Both the position numbers and the translations under genes were made by a program. A DNA stretch of 64,000 nucleotides from Flavobacteriia bacterium (lineage in GTDB: Bacteria > Bacteroidota > Bacteroidia > Flavobacteriales > Flavobacteriaceae): the NCBI GenBank assembly GCA_004293045.1, contig RDXY01000007.1:475-64474 (forward strand), written 5' to 3'. Under the pieces are notes generated by a model that was given only the letters and a program-made list of their open reading frames with translations, did not search any database and had not been told where the DNA came from. This document shows positions 18,705-29,689 of the stretch, in pieces; position 1 is the stretch's first letter, and the number at the start of each line of letters is the position of its first letter.

Positions 18705-20135
18705 ATGATTAATGCAGCCAAATCTGTCTGGAATAATTGCTTGTCCTTTATTAAGGACAACATTACGGAACAAGCCTACAAAACGTGGTTTGAACCTATT
18801 GTAGCAATAAGCCTTTCGGAAGATAATGCCTTACTCATTCAAGTCCCTAGTAAATTCTTTTACGAGTGGCTGGAAGAACATTTTGTAATTATTTTAAAAA
18901 CTGCTTTAACTAAAGAACTTGGAAACCAAGCAAAGCTAGTGTATAAAATTAAAATGGAAAACACTTCTGGGAACAAACTTCCATTTACTGAACAAATTCC
19001 AAGTACTTATCGCAGTTCGGTAAAAACACAAGAAATTGATGTGCCTATTGTGAATAAAAATCCAGAATTGAAAAACCCGTTTATTATTCCAGGTATCAGA
19101 AATGTAAAAATCGAATCTCAATTAAATTCTAATTATAGTTTTGATAATTTTTTAGAAGGCGATTCTAATAGATTATCCAGAAGCGCAGGAATGGCTGTAG
19201 CTAATAAACCAGGTGGCACATCATTTAATCCATTATTAATTTTTGGTGGCGTTGGTTTAGGAAAAACACATTTAGCACACGCCATTGGGGTTGAAATTAA
19301 AGATAAATTCCCTGAAAAAACGGTTTTATATATTTCTGCTGAAATTTTCACGCAACAATATATCGAATCTGTAAAGAAAAATACTAGAAATGATTTTATT
19401 CACTTCTATCAACTTATTGATGTTTTGATTATTGATGATGTTCAGTTTTTGTCTGGAAAAGCAGGAACACAAGATGTGTTTTTTCATATTTTCAATTATT
19501 TACATCAAAACGGCAAACAAGTTATTTTAACTTCAGACAAAGCACCTGTAGACATGCAGGATATTGAGCAACGCTTATTATCTCGTTTCAAATGGGGATT
19601 GTCTGCAGAATTACACCAACCCGATTACGAAACAAGAATTTCTATATTAAGAAATATCTTATACAGAGACGGTGTTGAAATGCCAGATGAAATTTTAGAA
19701 TACGTAGCAAAACATATTAAATCAAACGTAAGAGAATTAGAAGGCGCTATTATTTCATTAATTGCTCAGTCTTCATTTAACAAACGTGAGATTAACATAG
19801 AACTAGCTAAGCAAGTTGTAGAGAAGTTTGTGAAAAATGTCAAACGTGAAATTTCTATTGATTATATTCAAAAAGTGGTTTCCGATTATTTCCAATTGGA
19901 TACAGAAACTTTAAAATCGAAAACTAGAAAACGTCACATTGTTCAAGCGCGTCAATTAGCTATGTATTTTTCAAAAAAATTCACAAAAGCATCATTGGCA
20001 AATATTGGTTCGCAAATTGGCGATAGAGACCACGCCACGGTATTGCATGCTGTAAAAACAGTTGACAATTTAGTGGCTACCGACAAACAATTTAAAAAGT
20101 TTGTGGAAGACATTAACAAAAAGCTGAGTATTTAA
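18705..20135 (+). CDS. dnaA: Chromosomal replication initiator DnaA
   Basis: FNPLLIFGGVGLGKTHL, IIDDVQF, RELEGA, RDHATVLHA. Confidence 0.98.
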   Translation: MINAAKSVWNNCLSFIKDNITEQAYKTWFEPIVAISLSEDNALLIQVPSKFFYEWLEEHFVIILKTALTKELGNQAKLVYKIKMENTSGNKLPFTEQIPSTYRSSVKTQEIDVPIVNKNPELKNPFIIPGIRNVKIESQLNSNYSFDNFLEGDSNRLSRSAGMAVANKPGGTSFNPLLIFGGVGLGKTHLAHAIGVEIKDKFPEKTVLYISAEIFTQQYIESVKKNTRNDFIHFYQLIDVLIIDDVQFLSGKAGTQDVFFHIFNYLHQNGKQVILTSDKAPVDMQDIEQRLLSRFKWGLSAELHQPDYETRISILRNILYRDGVEMPDEILEYVAKHIKSNVRELEGAIISLIAQSSFNKREINIELAKQVVEKFVKNVKREISIDYIQKVVSDYFQLDTETLKSKTRKRHIVQARQLAMYFSKKFTKASLANIGSQIGDRDHATVLHAVKTVDNLVATDKQFKKFVEDINKKLSI

Positions 20136-20136
20136 A

Positions 20137-20598
20137 ATGCCCACCAAAGTTTTAATGGTTTGTTTAGGCAATATATGTCGTTCACCATTAGCAGAAGGCA
20201 TTTTACAAGCAAAACTCCCTAAACAAGATTATTTTATTGATAGTGCTGGAACCGCTAATTACCATATTGGAGCCGCGCCAGACAAACGTTCTATTTTAAC
20301 TGCAAAAAAATTCGGCATAGATATAAGCCAGCAAAAGTGTAGACAAATTACGAAATCTGATTTTGAAACTTTTGATTATATTTATGTAATGGATACCACT
20401 AATTACAGAAATGTAATTGCTTTAGCACCTGATGAAAAATCCAAACAAAAAGTAAAAGTAATTTTAAGAGAATTACACACAAACGAATGTTTTGATGTAC
20501 CTGACCCGTATTACGGTGAAATGGAAGATTTTGAACATGTCTTTCAGTTATTAGATGAAGTATGTACCATAATTGCTTCAAAAATTAAATCAAATTAG
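20137..20598 (+). CDS. Low molecular weight protein-tyrosine phosphatase
   Basis: VCLGNICRSP, DPYYG. Confidence 0.93.
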   Translation: MPTKVLMVCLGNICRSPLAEGILQAKLPKQDYFIDSAGTANYHIGAAPDKRSILTAKKFGIDISQQKCRQITKSDFETFDYIYVMDTTNYRNVIALAPDEKSKQKVKVILRELHTNECFDVPDPYYGEMEDFEHVFQLLDEVCTIIASKIKSN

Positions 20599-20636
20599 TT
20601 TTATTTAAACTCATTTTCTTTATTAAAAAATATACG

Positions 20637-21374
20637 ATGAATTCAACTTCAACATATGGTAAATTATATTTAATCCCTTGTACTTTATCCAATCCTGGTG
20701 AAGTATCAGTAGATCCAAAAGACGTTTTGCCCCAAACCATTAGAAGAGCTATTGAGCTTTTAGATTATTATATAGTTGAGAATGAAAAAACAGCTAGAAA
20801 ATGTATTAAAGCAATTTGCCCAGAAAAATCGCAACCTAGTTTACACTTATGGTCCTTAAACAAACATACTGAAGTTAGTGAGCATTATGAGATGATTCAA
20901 CCGCTGTTAAACGGTATAAATATGGGCGTAATGAGTGAAGCCGGATGCCCAGGAGTTGCAGATCCAGGAGCTGTGATTGTGAAATTAGCGCACGAAAAAG
21001 GCATTCAGGTAGTACCATTAGTAGGACCAAGTTCCATTCTTTTAGCATTAATGGCTAGTGGCATGAACGGACAAAGTTTTGCTTTTACTGGCTACTTACC
21101 TATTGAAAAAAACGAAAAGAAAAGTGCCTTGAGAAATTTAGAGAAATGGTCTCAAGAAAAAAATCAGGCGCAACTTTTTATGGAAACACCGTATAGAAAT
21201 AATAAATTCTTAGAAGATATTTTAACCACACTTCAACCGCAAACTAATTTATGTATAGCATGTGATGTTACGTTGCCAACAGAATTTATAAAAACAAAAA
21301 CGGTGAACGACTGGAAAAAACAAAAGGTCGATTTACATAATCGACCTTGTATTTTTATTATTCAAAAAAATTAG
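20637..21374 (+). CDS. Tetrapyrrole methylase / RsmI-like SAM-dependent methyltransferase
   Basis: SEAGCPGVADPG, VVPLVGPSS, ETPYRN. Confidence 0.85.
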   Translation: MNSTSTYGKLYLIPCTLSNPGEVSVDPKDVLPQTIRRAIELLDYYIVENEKTARKCIKAICPEKSQPSLHLWSLNKHTEVSEHYEMIQPLLNGINMGVMSEAGCPGVADPGAVIVKLAHEKGIQVVPLVGPSSILLALMASGMNGQSFAFTGYLPIEKNEKKSALRNLEKWSQEKNQAQLFMETPYRNNKFLEDILTTLQPQTNLCIACDVTLPTEFIKTKTVNDWKKQKVDLHNRPCIFIIQKN

Positions 21375-22012
21375 TTTGTTACAACTTTTGCAAATCTATT
21401 GGAGATCACATTTGAAGTATCGTACCCGTTAAATCTTTTAATATAAGACCTCAAAGAAGTCCCAAATCCATCTTTAAAACCATTTTTTCCATTACTTCGA
21501 AGATAGGCTTTTACTGAACTTGCACCTGCTAAATGCGCTGCTGCTAACAAACCCGATTCTGTAATTTTGATTCCATTAATTATTCTTCCTGAATAATTTT
21601 TTATTTCTTTTCTTAACTCCCATTTATTTATGCACAATAAAGCATAAAATGCGTTTTCTTGTAAGTTAGGATTATTAAGGAAGTTTTTGAAGTTGTTTAC
21701 ACCAATGTGTCTTAAAGTGCTTCTTCCGAATTGATATTTCCCCATATAACCATAAGGATTAACCAACGTGTAAATACCAGCAGATTCTTTAACTCCCATG
21801 GCTTGTGTAAAACCTATAAAAGTATTTCCTGTATAAGGTATAGAAAAATTCAACTTGACCGATTCGTCTTTTGAAGGTACTCGATACTCGTAAACTTCCG
21901 AATCATCGATATGAAACCCTGTTACAGATTCCTCTTTAAATGCACTAAAACCAGAGCTAATTATTACAATAAATGCAAGGGCAACTCCAAAATAAAAAAT
22001 GTCTTTTCTCAT
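21371..22012 (-). CDS. Membrane-anchored or exported protein with probable lysozyme-like fold
   Basis: N-terminal hydrophobic segment; KESAGIY..VN..GYMGKYQF; LAAAHLAG. Confidence 0.65.
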   Translation of the reverse strand: MRKDIFYFGVALAFIVIISSGFSAFKEESVTGFHIDDSEVYEYRVPSKDESVKLNFSIPYTGNTFIGFTQAMGVKESAGIYTLVNPYGYMGKYQFGRSTLRHIGVNNFKNFLNNPNLQENAFYALLCINKWELRKEIKNYSGRIINGIKITESGLLAAAHLAGASSVKAYLRSNGKNGFKDGFGTSLRSYIKRFNGYDTSNVISNRFAKVVTN

Positions 22013-22342
22013 GTAAATTTATTTCTCAAAAGGGTAAAAAAATTCATTTTTTACATTGTGTTAGATTGACATAAATCATACCACTCCAATTGAATTAACT
22101 TGACAAATATATAACATTTTTTATTATTTTTCTGAAAATCAAGTAATTAACATTTTATTAGGAAGCTGAAACAGTCAAATTTAAGTATAAGGTTGTTGAC
22201 TAGTAAGCCTTTAGAGGAAACTAAAAATTTAGAAGAAAACGCATAAATAATAAAAAAAAAGGTGGTTATTTGATGTTTTTGAAGAAATAAAAAGCTTATA
22301 AAAATAAAAAAAACGCAAGATGTTGCTATTTGAAAAATGTAT

Positions 22343-22439
22343 TTATAAAATTATTGTAGTAAAAATAACATCTAATAACAATGCAGCCATAAAAAGTATT
22401 AAAACAAAAAGAACTAGGAATTTAAAAAAAACGTTTCAT
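22343..22439 (-). pseudogene. Frameshifted, truncated stub of a gene coupled to the MBOAT gene
   Basis: ATG overlaps the MBOAT TAA; removing one T from a T8 run gives MKRFFKFLVLFVLILFMAALLLDVIFTTIIL*. Confidence 0.55.
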
Positions 22440-23872
22440 TAAAACTGAAAATAAATAAATTCTTTATCATCTGAGAAAACTCCTAATGCCAAAATGGCTA
22501 AAATGCAAAGCAATAATTTTATGTTTTCATGTTTTCCAGAAATGGGTTCTGTTTTATATTTGTGGAACCATTCAAATAAAATAAATGCACCTATTAACCA
22601 TAACAATTCTGGAACATAACGAGCATTATTTAAATATTGACTCTCAAAATTTAAATTTGTAAACATGTTTTTTATATACAAAATGGCCTCGGAAATAGAT
22701 TTTGCTCTAAAAAATATCCAAGCAAAAGTAGTAATTGAAAAAGTGAGTAGGATAGAAAAAATTGTTTTCACACCCTCAAAATTCCATTTAATATGAATGT
22801 CTTCTAGATTATTTCTATTTTTATTTAGCAATAGCAAAGGTAAAAAGTAAATGGCATTTAGAAAACCCCAGGCAATAAATGTCCAATTGGCACCGTGCCA
22901 AAAACCACTTACTAAAAATATTATAAACGTATTACGTACTTGCATCCATTTTCCACCTTTGCTTCCGCCTAATGGAATGTATAAATAGTCTCTAAACCAA
23001 GAAGATAAGGAAATATGCCAACGTCTCCAAAACTCGGCAATATCTCTTGAAAAATATGGGAAATTAAAGTTTTTCAACAAATCAATTCCAAATAACTTTG
23101 AAGTTCCTAACGCAATATCCGAATATCCTGAAAAATCGCCATAAATTTGAAAAGCAAAATAAATCGCACCTAATAATAAGGAGAACGAATTCATTTGCTC
23201 CTGATGATTGAAAACTTCATTAGCGTATAAGGCACAAGAATCCGCAATTACTACTTTTTTTACTAATCCCCAAATAATTTGATGTAACCCTTCTTTGGCT
23301 TTTTCAAAATTAAATTCTCGTTTTACTTTTACTTGTGGAAGCAAATGTGTGGCTCTTTCAATAGGTCCTGCAACTAATAAAGGAAAATAACTAACAAAAA
23401 GTGAATAGTCAACGAAATTTGTTTCAGCTTTTATACGTTGGTAATATATATCTATAACGTAAGACAAACCATGAAAGGTATAAAACGAAATTCCAACCGG
23501 TAAAATTACTTTTATTAATACTGGATTTACTTGAAATCCAAATCCATTAATTAATTCAATAAATGAAGTGGCAAAAAAATTGTAATACTTAAAAAGCCCT
23601 AAAAACCCTAAATTAATTAATACACTTAACCAAAACCAAAATTTAGTTTCCTTAACTGATTTGCTTTTTTCAATTTGAATGCCTGAAAAATAATCTAAAA
23701 GCGTAGAAAAGACTAATAAAAAAAGAAAACGCCAATCCCAACAAGCATAAAAATAATAACTTGCTATAATTAATAAACTATTTTGCCATGATTTATTTTT
23801 ATTAAAAACATACCAATATAAAATAAAAATTATTGGTAAAAAAACAGCAAAATGAAGGGAATTAAAAAACAA
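22439..23872 (-). CDS. MBOAT family O-acyltransferase (AlgI/DltB-like)
   Basis: LPVGISFYTF, DFSGYSD, FWRRWHISLSSW, SGFWHGA; TTG start. Confidence 0.93.
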   Translation of the reverse strand: MFFNSLHFAVFLPIIFILYWYVFNKNKSWQNSLLIIASYYFYACWDWRFLFLLVFSTLLDYFSGIQIEKSKSVKETKFWFWLSVLINLGFLGLFKYYNFFATSFIELINGFGFQVNPVLIKVILPVGISFYTFHGLSYVIDIYYQRIKAETNFVDYSLFVSYFPLLVAGPIERATHLLPQVKVKREFNFEKAKEGLHQIIWGLVKKVVIADSCALYANEVFNHQEQMNSFSLLLGAIYFAFQIYGDFSGYSDIALGTSKLFGIDLLKNFNFPYFSRDIAEFWRRWHISLSSWFRDYLYIPLGGSKGGKWMQVRNTFIIFLVSGFWHGANWTFIAWGFLNAIYFLPLLLLNKNRNNLEDIHIKWNFEGVKTIFSILLTFSITTFAWIFFRAKSISEAILYIKNMFTNLNFESQYLNNARYVPELLWLIGAFILFEWFHKYKTEPISGKHENIKLLLCILAILALGVFSDDKEFIYFQF

Positions 23873-23875
23873 AAT

Positions 23876-25264
23876 TTAGGATCCAATTGCTTGATAAATA
23901 AATCCAATTTTTTCTAATTGTGTTTTATTTAACACGTTTCTTCCATCAAAAACAAAAGCAGGCTTCAACATATTATCATATATTTTTTGCCAATCGTAGG
24001 TTTTAAACTCATCCCATTCAGTTAAAATCGCAATGGCATGAGCATTTTTACATGCGTCGTAACCATTTTTTTCTACTGAAATGTACTTTTTATTTTCTTC
24101 TTCTGAACGAGATTCTAAATAATTTAAATCCGAGAGAATTTGATTTTCTTCAACTTTTGGATCAAAAACGGCAATATTTGCTCGTTCACATATTAAATCA
24201 TTTGCTACATAAATAGCTGCAGATTCACGAGTATCATTGGTGTCTTTTTTAAAGGCCCAACCTAAAAAAGCTATTTTTTTACCCGAAACAGTATTATACA
24301 AGGTACTTATAATATTATTAGAAAAACGACGTTTTTGATGGTCATTCATAATGATTACTTGCTCCCAATAATCGGCAACTTCATTTAATCCATATGATTT
24401 AGCGATATATACTAAGTTTAAAATATCTTTCTGAAAACACGATCCACCAAAACCTACTGATGATTTTAGAAATTTGGAGCCAATTCGACTATCTAAACCA
24501 ATGGCTTTTGCTACTTCATTTACATCGGCACCGGTTTTTTCACACAATTCACTCATTGCATTTATAGAAGAAACACGCTGCGCTAAAAAAGCATTTGCTG
24601 TTAATTTGGATAATTCGGAAGACCACACATTTGTAGTTAAAATAAGGTCTTTGTTGACCCAGTTTGCATAAACCTCAACCAATTTACGAATGGCATCCTG
24701 GCCTTCAACTGTACTATCTCCTCCAATTAACACTCTATCTGGAGCAAATAAATCTTCAATTGCTGTGCCTTCTGCTAAAAATTCAGGATTCGACAAAATT
24801 TGAAAGTTTACACCGTTTCCTGTATTATCTAAAATATCTTTTATAGCTTGGGCGGTTCGAACGGGTAACGTGGATTTTTCAACTACAATTTTATCTGTTT
24901 TTGCTACACGAGCAATTTGTCTGGCACATAATTCGATATACTTTAAATCTGCTGCCATGCCTTTTCCAACTCCATACGTTTTGGTAGGTGTATTTACTGA
25001 AATAAAAATTAATTCCGCTGCATCAATTGCTTGATCTACTTCGGTGGAAAAGAATAAATTTCTTCCTCTTGCTTCTTTTACAACCGCATCTAAACCGGGT
25101 TCATAAATAGGTAATAAACTTACATCTTCATTGTTCCAAGCATTAATTCTATCCTGATTTAAATCTACAACAGTTACCTTAATATGTGGACATTTTTGAG
25201 CAATAACCGCCATAGTTGGACCACCAACATAACCTGCACCAATACAACAAATATTTTTAATCAT
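23876..25264 (-). CDS. ugd: UDP-glucose 6-dehydrogenase
   Basis: [32 protein letters not shown]. Confidence 0.95.
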   Translation of the reverse strand: MIKNICCIGAGYVGGPTMAVIAQKCPHIKVTVVDLNQDRINAWNNEDVSLLPIYEPGLDAVVKEARGRNLFFSTEVDQAIDAAELIFISVNTPTKTYGVGKGMAADLKYIELCARQIARVAKTDKIVVEKSTLPVRTAQAIKDILDNTGNGVNFQILSNPEFLAEGTAIEDLFAPDRVLIGGDSTVEGQDAIRKLVEVYANWVNKDLILTTNVWSSELSKLTANAFLAQRVSSINAMSELCEKTGADVNEVAKAIGLDSRIGSKFLKSSVGFGGSCFQKDILNLVYIAKSYGLNEVADYWEQVIIMNDHQKRRFSNNIISTLYNTVSGKKIAFLGWAFKKDTNDTRESAAIYVANDLICERANIAVFDPKVEENQILSDLNYLESRSEEENKKYISVEKNGYDACKNAHAIAILTEWDEFKTYDWQKIYDNMLKPAFVFDGRNVLNKTQLEKIGFIYQAIGS

Positions 25265-25309
25265 CTTATAATTATGTTTATCTTTAACTATATTTTTTTG
25301 TTAGAAACC

Positions 25310-25930
25310 CTAGATAGATTTCATGGAAGATTCAAAAGGAATTCTTTGTAATAAACTTCTTCCTAACGTAACTTCATCTGCATATTCTAATTCGTCACCC
25401 ACAGAAATACCTCTGGCAATTGTTGACACATTTATTGAAAATGGTTTAATTTGCTTAAAGATATAAAAATTTGTAGTATCCCCTTCCATAGTAGAACTCA
25501 ACGCAAAAATAATTTCTGTAACTTTTTGCTCCTTTACTTTTTCAACCAAAGAATTAATATTTAATTGGCTAGGTGAAATGCCTTCAATTGGAGATATTTT
25601 ACCCCCTAAAACGTGATAAATTCCTTTATACATTCTAGTATTTTCAATTGCCATTACGTCTCTAACGTCTTCAACTACACAAATTATTGTATGCTCTCTT
25701 GAAGGATTATTACAAATTTCACATACCGCAAAATCAGAAATATTATGGCAATTTTGACAATAAATAATTTCATTTCGCATTTTAGTTACTGCATCTGTCA
25801 ATAATTGTGTTTGAGATGCCGGTTGTTTCAATAAATGTAACACCAATCGCATAGCCGTTCGTTTACCAATACCAGGTAACATGGCTACTTCATTAACTGC
25901 ATTTTCTAATAATTTTGACGAGAATTCCAT
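25310..25930 (-). CDS. recR: Recombination mediator RecR
   Basis: [10 protein letters not shown]4 zinc finger, toprim domain, [10 protein letters not shown]. Confidence 0.96.
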   Translation of the reverse strand: MEFSSKLLENAVNEVAMLPGIGKRTAMRLVLHLLKQPASQTQLLTDAVTKMRNEIIYCQNCHNISDFAVCEICNNPSREHTIICVVEDVRDVMAIENTRMYKGIYHVLGGKISPIEGISPSQLNINSLVEKVKEQKVTEIIFALSSTMEGDTTNFYIFKQIKPFSINVSTIARGISVGDELEYADEVTLGRSLLQRIPFESSMKSI

Positions 25931-26062
25931 TTTGCAAATATATTAAAAAGAAAAAACCTATTGACATAAATATAAATAGGTTTTTTAAGATTTTATTTTG
26001 TGCTAATTTTCATTAAAATAACAAGGATTTAGATAATTCTGTTATTTTTGTAAAAAAAACTT

Positions 26063-27568
26063 ATGCAACCCATTACAATTTTACTATTTTTTATTTCTTA
26101 TTTTATTGTTTTGTTTGGAATTTCGTATTTCATGAACAAAAAATCTGGCAGCAGTAACGATACTTTTTTTAAGGCAAATAATAAATCACCTTGGTATTTG
26201 GTAGCTTTTGGGATGATTGGAACAGCACTTTCAGGTGTTACTTTTATTTCAGTGCCTGGCGCTGTAGAGGCCAATCAATTTTCTTATTTTCACTTTATTT
26301 TAGGAAATGCCATTGGATTTATTATTGTAGCCACAGTATTATTACCTTTATATTACAAACTTAATTTAACTTCAATTTATACCTATATTGAACAACGCTT
26401 GGGGTATTTTAGTTATAAAACGGCTTCTTTTATATTTTTATTAAGTAGAACAATCGGTTCGGCTTTTAGATTGTATTTAGTAGTTTTAGTTTTGCAAAAT
26501 TTTGTTTTTAATACCTATGGGATACCCTTTTGGGCAACTGTTTTGATTAGTTTAGGATTGATTTTTGCCTATACGTACAAAGGCGGATTAAAAACCATTA
26601 TTATTACAGACACTTTACAAACCTTATTCTTAGTAAGTTCCGTTTTTTTTACCATATACTTTGTTTGCGATAGTTTAAATCTTGGATTTAGTGAAGCTAT
26701 TACAGTAATTGATGCTTCGAAATATTCTAAAATTTTCTTTTTTGAAGATTTTATAGGTTCCGGACAACATTTTGTAAAACAAATTTTAGGTGGTGTTTTT
26801 GTAACCATAGCCATGGTAGGTTTAGATCAGGACCTAATGCAGAAAAATTTAAGCTGTAAAAACATCAAAGAAGCACAAAAAAATATGTTTACGTTTACCG
26901 GGATATTTGTAATTATCAATTTATTTTTTCTAAGTGTTGGTGCTTTATTGTATTTATTTGCAGCGAAAAACAATATTCCAGTACCTACATTAGAGGGTGC
27001 TGTAAGAACCGATTTATTATTTCCTGAAATTGCTTTCAATCATTTTGCTTTAGTGCCAGCAGTTGTATTTTTATTAGGATTAACCGCAGCCACTTTTGCG
27101 ACAACAGATTCGGCTTTAACCGCGCTAACTACATCTTTTTGTATTGATTTTTTAGGAATGGAGAAAAAAGAAGAAACAAAGAATACGGTAAAAACTAGAC
27201 ATCTTGTCCATATTGGATTTTCGTTAGCTTTATTTTTGGTGATTTTAATATTTAATTCGTTAACTAATCAATCCGTTGTCAAACTAATTTTTAAAGTTGC
27301 ATCCTATACCTACGGACCGCTTTTAGGTTTGTTTGCTTTTGGTATTTTAGTTAAAAACCGTTCTGTAAAAGACCAATTGGTTCCGTTTATTTGTTTGTTA
27401 TCGCCAGCAATTACATTCTTAATTAGTATAAATTCAGGAATTGATGCAGAAGCACCAAAATTAATTCCATATGCTTTTGCTGAAGAATTAATAATTGTAA
27501 ACGGTATGATTACTTTTATTGGATTGTTCTTAATAAGTAAAAAAGATAAAATTAATACTGATTTGTAG
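26063..27568 (+). CDS. Sodium:solute symporter
   Basis: SGVTFISVPG, GGLKTIIITD, GLDQDLMQK; many TM segments. Confidence 0.9.
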   Translation: MQPITILLFFISYFIVLFGISYFMNKKSGSSNDTFFKANNKSPWYLVAFGMIGTALSGVTFISVPGAVEANQFSYFHFILGNAIGFIIVATVLLPLYYKLNLTSIYTYIEQRLGYFSYKTASFIFLLSRTIGSAFRLYLVVLVLQNFVFNTYGIPFWATVLISLGLIFAYTYKGGLKTIIITDTLQTLFLVSSVFFTIYFVCDSLNLGFSEAITVIDASKYSKIFFFEDFIGSGQHFVKQILGGVFVTIAMVGLDQDLMQKNLSCKNIKEAQKNMFTFTGIFVIINLFFLSVGALLYLFAAKNNIPVPTLEGAVRTDLLFPEIAFNHFALVPAVVFLLGLTAATFATTDSALTALTTSFCIDFLGMEKKEETKNTVKTRHLVHIGFSLALFLVILIFNSLTNQSVVKLIFKVASYTYGPLLGLFAFGILVKNRSVKDQLVPFICLLSPAITFLISINSGIDAEAPKLIPYAFAEELIIVNGMITFIGLFLISKKDKINTDL

Positions 27569-27908
27569 CTACTAATACTAACGTGCAAGCTACTTCAAAT
27601 TCAATATTATTTTGTTTTAATCTTTCATAAAATTCTGGATTTTCAGTTCCTGGATTGAATATTATACGTCTTGGCTTTAATGAAATAATATAGTCGTAAT
27701 ATTCTTCTTGATTCTTTGGATTTAAATATAATGTTACGGTATCAATTCCTTTAAATGGAATTTTTGCGGTTTCAATTTTCACATCTAAAGCCATGCCTTC
27801 TTTAGCGCCAATAGCAACTACTTGATGAGATTTATTTATTAAACTTTGTATGGCTTTATAAGCATATCTATCTTTATTTGTGGTGGCTCCTATGACTAAC
27901 GTTTTCAT
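27552..27908 (-). CDS. CoA-binding protein
   Basis: LVIGAT...RYAY, IFNPGTEN, ACTLV. Confidence 0.9.
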   Translation of the reverse strand: MKTLVIGATTNKDRYAYKAIQSLINKSHQVVAIGAKEGMALDVKIETAKIPFKGIDTVTLYLNPKNQEEYYDYIISLKPRRIIFNPGTENPEFYERLKQNNIEFEVACTLVLVATNQY

Positions 27909-28017
27909 TTTTCCGGTTTTTAGTTGTACTAATTTACAAAATGTTTTTTTATTAACATTTAAATAATTGTATTATAAATTCTATCTTTGAACTACGTGAT
28001 ATATTTGCAACAAAACT

Positions 28018-28659
28018 ATGGACATTTTTATTTATTTATTTGCCGCCTTATTTTCTGTATTAAATCCTATTGGAACCGTACCTATTTTTGTAGGATTAAC
28101 CCAAGGGTATTCTGCATCGGAACGATCTAAAACTTCTTTAATTACCTCAATTAATGTATTTGTAATTTTACTTATTTCGTTTTTTGTTGGGCAATATGTA
28201 TTGTCTTTTTTTGGAATTACCATTACTGCTTTACGAATTGCAGGTGGAATTATTATTGCGAGTTCTGGTTTTTCATTATTAAATGGAAACTTTAGCAAAA
28301 ACAAAGGAATTAATAAAAAGGTACAAAAAGAAGTGGAAATGCGTCAAAATATTGCACTTACGCCATTAGCAATGCCAATGCTTGCCGGCCCTGGATCCAT
28401 TTCGTTATTAATTGCTTATTATCAAGAATTAACAGAAACGAATGCCTCAATAAGCACCTCAGAAATTCTATTTTCATGTTTTGCCATATTAGCTGTAGCC
28501 ATTTTAATTTATTTAATATTACGAAGTGCACATTATTTAGCAAAAATATTAGGTTCATCAGGAATTGTGGCGATATCAAGAATCATCGGATTTTTAACTA
28601 TTGCTATTGGAATTCAATATATTATTAGTGCCGTTTTAAGTATTATTAGAGGGATATAA
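28018..28659 (+). CDS. MarC family membrane protein
   Basis: NPIGTVPIF, LRIAGG, PLAMPMLAGPG. Confidence 0.9.
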   Translation: MDIFIYLFAALFSVLNPIGTVPIFVGLTQGYSASERSKTSLITSINVFVILLISFFVGQYVLSFFGITITALRIAGGIIIASSGFSLLNGNFSKNKGINKKVQKEVEMRQNIALTPLAMPMLAGPGSISLLIAYYQELTETNASISTSEILFSCFAILAVAILIYLILRSAHYLAKILGSSGIVAISRIIGFLTIAIGIQYIISAVLSIIRGI

Positions 28660-28664
28660 ATTAG

Positions 28665-28722
28665 AAATTCCAAAAAACAAAAATTCCAAATTCCAACTGA
28701 TTAGTGTTGAAATTTGGAATTA
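28665..28722. repeat. Inverted AAATTCC heptamer array between convergent genes
   Basis: AAATTCC x3, then GAAATTT GGAATT in opposite orientation. Confidence 0.65.
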
Positions 28723-28742
28723 AAATATTAAAACATATATTT

Positions 28743-29681
28743 TTATTCGATTTTTGGCAAGAAAACCTCTGCCATCATGCAACGAGCACTTCCGCCTCCG
28801 CACGCTTCAATAACATCTAAACTGGCGTGTAAAATTTCACAATGTTTTTCGATTTTATCTATTTGTGATTTCGTTAAACTTTGATAAGCGGAATTACTCA
28901 TTACCAAATACCGTTTATCAGCTGCTCCACGAACCTGTAACATATTTCCTGCAAAATTATTTACTTGTTCTTCTGTGATTAAAATAATTTCTTTTCCATC
29001 TGCTTTAAGGTTTTCTAAAACCATTTTACGTTCTTTTTTATCATCTATGCAATCGGCACAAATTACAGCGAAGGTTTCCGCAATACACATCATAACATTG
29101 GTATGATATATAGATTTTCTTTCTCCATTTACAGTTTGAAACGCTTCAAAAATAATGGGCGACATATCAAAATCTTCACAAAATTCGATAAATAATTCTT
29201 CATCAGCTCTTGGTGAAAGTGCGCAATACGCTTTATTAAATTCTCTATCTAAAACCAAACTACCAGTTCCTTCTAAGAATACATGATCTTCTTCTGCAGA
29301 AGTATAGTCCATAATTTCCGTTATTTCAAAGCCTTTATCTTCTAAAATATCTAAAACATCTTCTCTTCGCTCTAGTCTTCTGTTTTCAGCAAACATTGGA
29401 TATAAAGCTACATCGCCGGTTTCATGAAAAGAAATCCAGTTGTTTGGAAAAATACTATCTGGCGTGTCAGGTTCTTTTTTGTCTTGAATTACAATTACAT
29501 GTACACCTACACTTTTTAATTTTTCAACATAGGCATCAAATTCCTGCACAGCTTTAAAATTTACCGTTTCAGGAGTTACATCATCTAAAACTTTTTGATA
29601 ATAGTTATTTACAGCCGTTTGTTCGTTCATACGAAACGCTACGGGACGAATCATTACTATGGTATTAGTAGTTTGTTTCAT
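28743..29681 (-). CDS. Amidinotransferase-superfamily hydrolase (CtlX-like)
   Basis: PDSIFPNNW, LEGTGS, YHTNVMM, GGGSARCM. Confidence 0.88.
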   Translation of the reverse strand: MKQTTNTIVMIRPVAFRMNEQTAVNNYYQKVLDDVTPETVNFKAVQEFDAYVEKLKSVGVHVIVIQDKKEPDTPDSIFPNNWISFHETGDVALYPMFAENRRLERREDVLDILEDKGFEITEIMDYTSAEEDHVFLEGTGSLVLDREFNKAYCALSPRADEELFIEFCEDFDMSPIIFEAFQTVNGERKSIYHTNVMMCIAETFAVICADCIDDKKERKMVLENLKADGKEIILITEEQVNNFAGNMLQVRGAADKRYLVMSNSAYQSLTKSQIDKIEKHCEILHASLDVIEACGGGSARCMMAEVFLPKIE

Positions 29682-29689
29682 TTTATTTT

